A stretch of 20,000 bases of DNA from Trichomonas gallinae (taxonomy: Eukaryota), in NCBI GenBank assembly GCA_008369845.1, contig MRSU01004809.1, forward strand, positions 47,452 to 67,451. Reading direction: 5' to 3'. The notes below the pieces were generated by a model. That model had not been told where the DNA came from and did not search any database. It saw only the letters and a program-made list of their open reading frames with translations. The first letter of the stretch is position 1; every line of letters starts with the position of its first letter. This document shows, piece after piece, positions 17,662 to 20,000 of this stretch. Made by a program: the position numbers and the translations under genes.

Positions 17662-17790
17662 TGACATGCAAAGTAATTAAATATTCAAACAGCCTTATTA
17701 TTGAGGGCTTGAACGAGTTGTAGTGCTCAAAAAAGTTTTTTGACATGTAAAGTCAAATGCCAAATTAAAACTGACATGTAACGAGTCAAA
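17662..17790. repeat. Three direct copies of TGACATG(T/C)AA(AGT), inverted relative to the copies at 15899-15945
   Basis: TGACATGCAAAGT 17662-17674, TGACATGTAAAGT 17741-17753 and TGACATGTAACGAGTCAAA 17772-17790. Confidence 0.8.
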
Positions 17791-18565
17791 ATTGTCATTC
17801 TGCCAAAGATTTTTATTAGAAAGGGGTATAAATTATTAAAGAGTGGTGTTGACACTTTTGCAGGGTTGCGTAATAATTCTGAGAGGATTATTCTTTGATT
17901 GCTAAAATTGAGCCATGCTCTTTCATATTATATCTGCGAAGCTCATGCATTCATGTTTTGATATTGGTTCTAGAAAAAAATGAATATTTTTTGAAGATAT
18001 TAAATTTATTACAAGATCAAGCATGAAAATATGCATCATAACTTAGAATTATTCAAAATTGAAGCTTATTATATATATTATATAAAAGAAAACAGTTTAC
18101 AAATGTATTTTTCATTCAGCAAAATAGAAACTGATGAATATTGTAACATAGCGTAAATATTCCTTAAATTGCCGATATTATGTGGAAGTATTCTTTTAAT
18201 CTCATAAATTATTAGTTTGATAAAATGTTTAGCATAATTCAGTTAAGACATGGACAAACAAGTAGTATGTAAGTATCCTCTGATTTTAATCGTATAAATA
18301 AACAGAACATACCATAATTCGCTTTCGTTGAAAGTTATATCATTGATTTCACTCATGCTAACCAGCTCCATTTGTAGAGTCCACTTTAGTAGAGGCATTC
18401 TTACTGTCCAAAAATGAAAGAAACAATGACCAAAAGGGAAAAAAATCGGAAAAATGGATTAACCTTAAATATCTTTACACCAAAATTTAAAATTCATTGT
18501 TTTAATTAGCTAATTAGAATTCATAATACTCAAATAAAACGAAAAAAAGTAGCAGAGTTTTGGCG

Positions 18566-19648
18566 ATGTTGAGTGCGGGGAGTCTGCAGTTCAACAGCCG
18601 CTTCTCAGAGCTTCTCGAGAGTAGCAGGAAGCCAGATGATGACATACTCGTCATTCCTAAGAAGACTGTCAAGAAAAGATCAGTCAGCGGAATCAGATCA
18701 AACTCCGAAATGAAATTCGTCAATGTAGAGCCTCCAGAAATAGTATCTTCGAGGAGCTCAGCGCGCTCTAATCCTAATAAAATACCATATCCGGAGAGAA
18801 TTCCATCAAAGATTAACGACTTGAAGAGGGACTGCAATGACTACATGGAAAACGACCAAATCAAGAAATACCAGGCTGCCACACAAGAAATTGATCGTCT
18901 CGCGCTTCAATATCAGCAATATATCAAACAAAAAATAGAAGATGGCATTGTCAGCAAATACAACGAAGAAACGGCCAGAATACAAAGAGATATGATGGTG
19001 GAGCACAAAAAGCTGTTAGAAGCACGAAAAAAGAAAATTCAGCAGATGAAAGATCATGTTGTTCAATTACAGCAAAAGCACAGCAACCAGATCAAAGAAT
19101 ACATAACTAAATGGAAAGGTGATATCAAGAAGCGCAGCTATAATAGAGCAAGCAACGAATTGCGCATTTTATACATGGAACTGGAAAAACTGAAAGATTC
19201 TAAAAGATTCCAAGAAATGAATGATGTGCAAGCTCAAATAGATGCTAGGCTAGCCTATGAACAAGACAGAAATGAACATCAGATGATGCATGATTTCAAA
19301 GACGGCTTAAATATGCTTATTAATGCTCAAGCTGAAGAACTTAAGAGTCTTCAAATCGCAAATAGACACAAAATAGCAGATCTCGATTTCGAAGATAAAA
19401 AACTCATCGAGCTTTTCACAAAAAGACTGCAAAAAGCGAGCGTAAATGCAAACAATACAAACATGAGCACCGAATTTAAGCGTGCCGTGCAAAAAGATAT
19501 TTTAATGTCTCGATCTCAACCTTTAGCTACACCACGATCTGCAAAACCGCCTGTTATATCCGTTGGTGACTGCAAATATAACTCTGTTCCAATCAGGCAG
19601 CCATCAGCAAATTTTTCATTACCAAAACTTACTTATTCACTCTGTTAA
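18566..19648 (+). CDS. Coiled-coil hypothetical protein
   Basis: 360-aa ORF from the ATG at 18566 (track start 18560 is TTG). S/K-rich N-terminus and a Q/K/E-rich helical core containing W..DIKKRSYNRASNELRIL...RFQEMNDV...ID.R...E. Inr-like TCATA/TCAAA at 18521-18534. Confidence 0.82.
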   Translation: MLSAGSLQFNSRFSELLESSRKPDDDILVIPKKTVKKRSVSGIRSNSEMKFVNVEPPEIVSSRSSARSNPNKIPYPERIPSKINDLKRDCNDYMENDQIKKYQAATQEIDRLALQYQQYIKQKIEDGIVSKYNEETARIQRDMMVEHKKLLEARKKKIQQMKDHVVQLQQKHSNQIKEYITKWKGDIKKRSYNRASNELRILYMELEKLKDSKRFQEMNDVQAQIDARLAYEQDRNEHQMMHDFKDGLNMLINAQAEELKSLQIANRHKIADLDFEDKKLIELFTKRLQKASVNANNTNMSTEFKRAVQKDILMSRSQPLATPRSAKPPVISVGDCKYNSVPIRQPSANFSLPKLTYSLC

Positions 19649-19735
19649 CTGTATCCATCTTGTATACTATTTCTTTGTTTTTTATAAAATTGATTTTAAT
19701 AGATAGAATTATGCTTATATTAATCATTGTTCATT

Positions 19736-19999
19736 TTATTTAGATAGAAATCGAATGGGAATAGTTTGATCACACTTAATAACTGGAGCATAATTTGAGG
19801 GTCTTCTTATTTTTACCAAATATCGAATTAGAAACCATTCAAAATTAAGAAATTGTTCGAAGCTTTGATTAGTTAGAATAATGGTATATAACAGCATGGT
19901 TACCATAAATTTATCAAAAGGGGGGGAACTCTTTTTTCTGAGAATACTTGAGGTCGATACTCTAGATATAGCTTCTATAGGCCTACAGGAATAAGATAT
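19736..19999 (-). CDS. Possible 3' end of a gene running in from beyond the window
   Basis: One minus frame is open for 87 codons from the window edge (ISYSCRPIEAISRVSTSSILRKKSSPPFDKFMVTMLLYTIILTNQ...IPIRFLSK) to TAA at 19738-19736, followed by A (TAAA). No recognisable domain. Confidence 0.25.
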   Translation of the reverse strand: MSYSCRPIEAISRVSTSSILRKKSSPPFDKFMVTMLLYTIILTNQSFEQFLNFEWFLIRYLVKIRRPSNYAPVIKCDQTIPIRFLSK

Positions 20000-20000
20000 C

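Noticed and set aside
17662..17790. CRISPR-like array
   Set aside because: Repeats are only 10-13 bp, irregularly spaced, with no cas genes and a eukaryotic context.
19881..19994. Short plus ORF containing SKGGELF (kinase-like word)
   Set aside because: Only 37 codons bounded by stops, with no other kinase motifs.

Overview
AT-rich, gene-dense eukaryotic DNA with intronless genes, short intergenic spacers and TCA(Y)W initiator-like motifs just upstream of ATGs. It is most consistent with a trichomonad, probably Trichomonas vaginalis or a close relative (inference). Contents, in order: the 3' part of a K/E/P-rich protein with ten LKKV/LKPV-type motifs (<1-936 +), an R2R3 Myb factor (-), a Rab GTPase with a Q-to-E switch II change (-), a Q/P-rich protein with a possible N-terminal C2-like domain (-), a long coiled-coil protein (-), a head-to-head pair of half-size ABCA transporters (9276-11798 -, 12427-15090 +), an AT-rich GT61/DUF563-like glycosyltransferase (-) and another coiled-coil protein (+). 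Four observations stand out. (1) The two ABCA genes resemble the N- and C-terminal halves of one full-length ABCA transporter, one with a degenerate LSEGD signature. (2) Their shared spacer carries three exact mirrored motifs. (3) The GT61 gene is bracketed by clusters of inverted TGACAYGYAA repeats and palindromes, suggesting a non-autonomous gene-carrying mobile element. (4) The first protein carries a tandem WH2-like motif array. No rRNA, tRNA, CRISPR array, transposase or intron was recognised.
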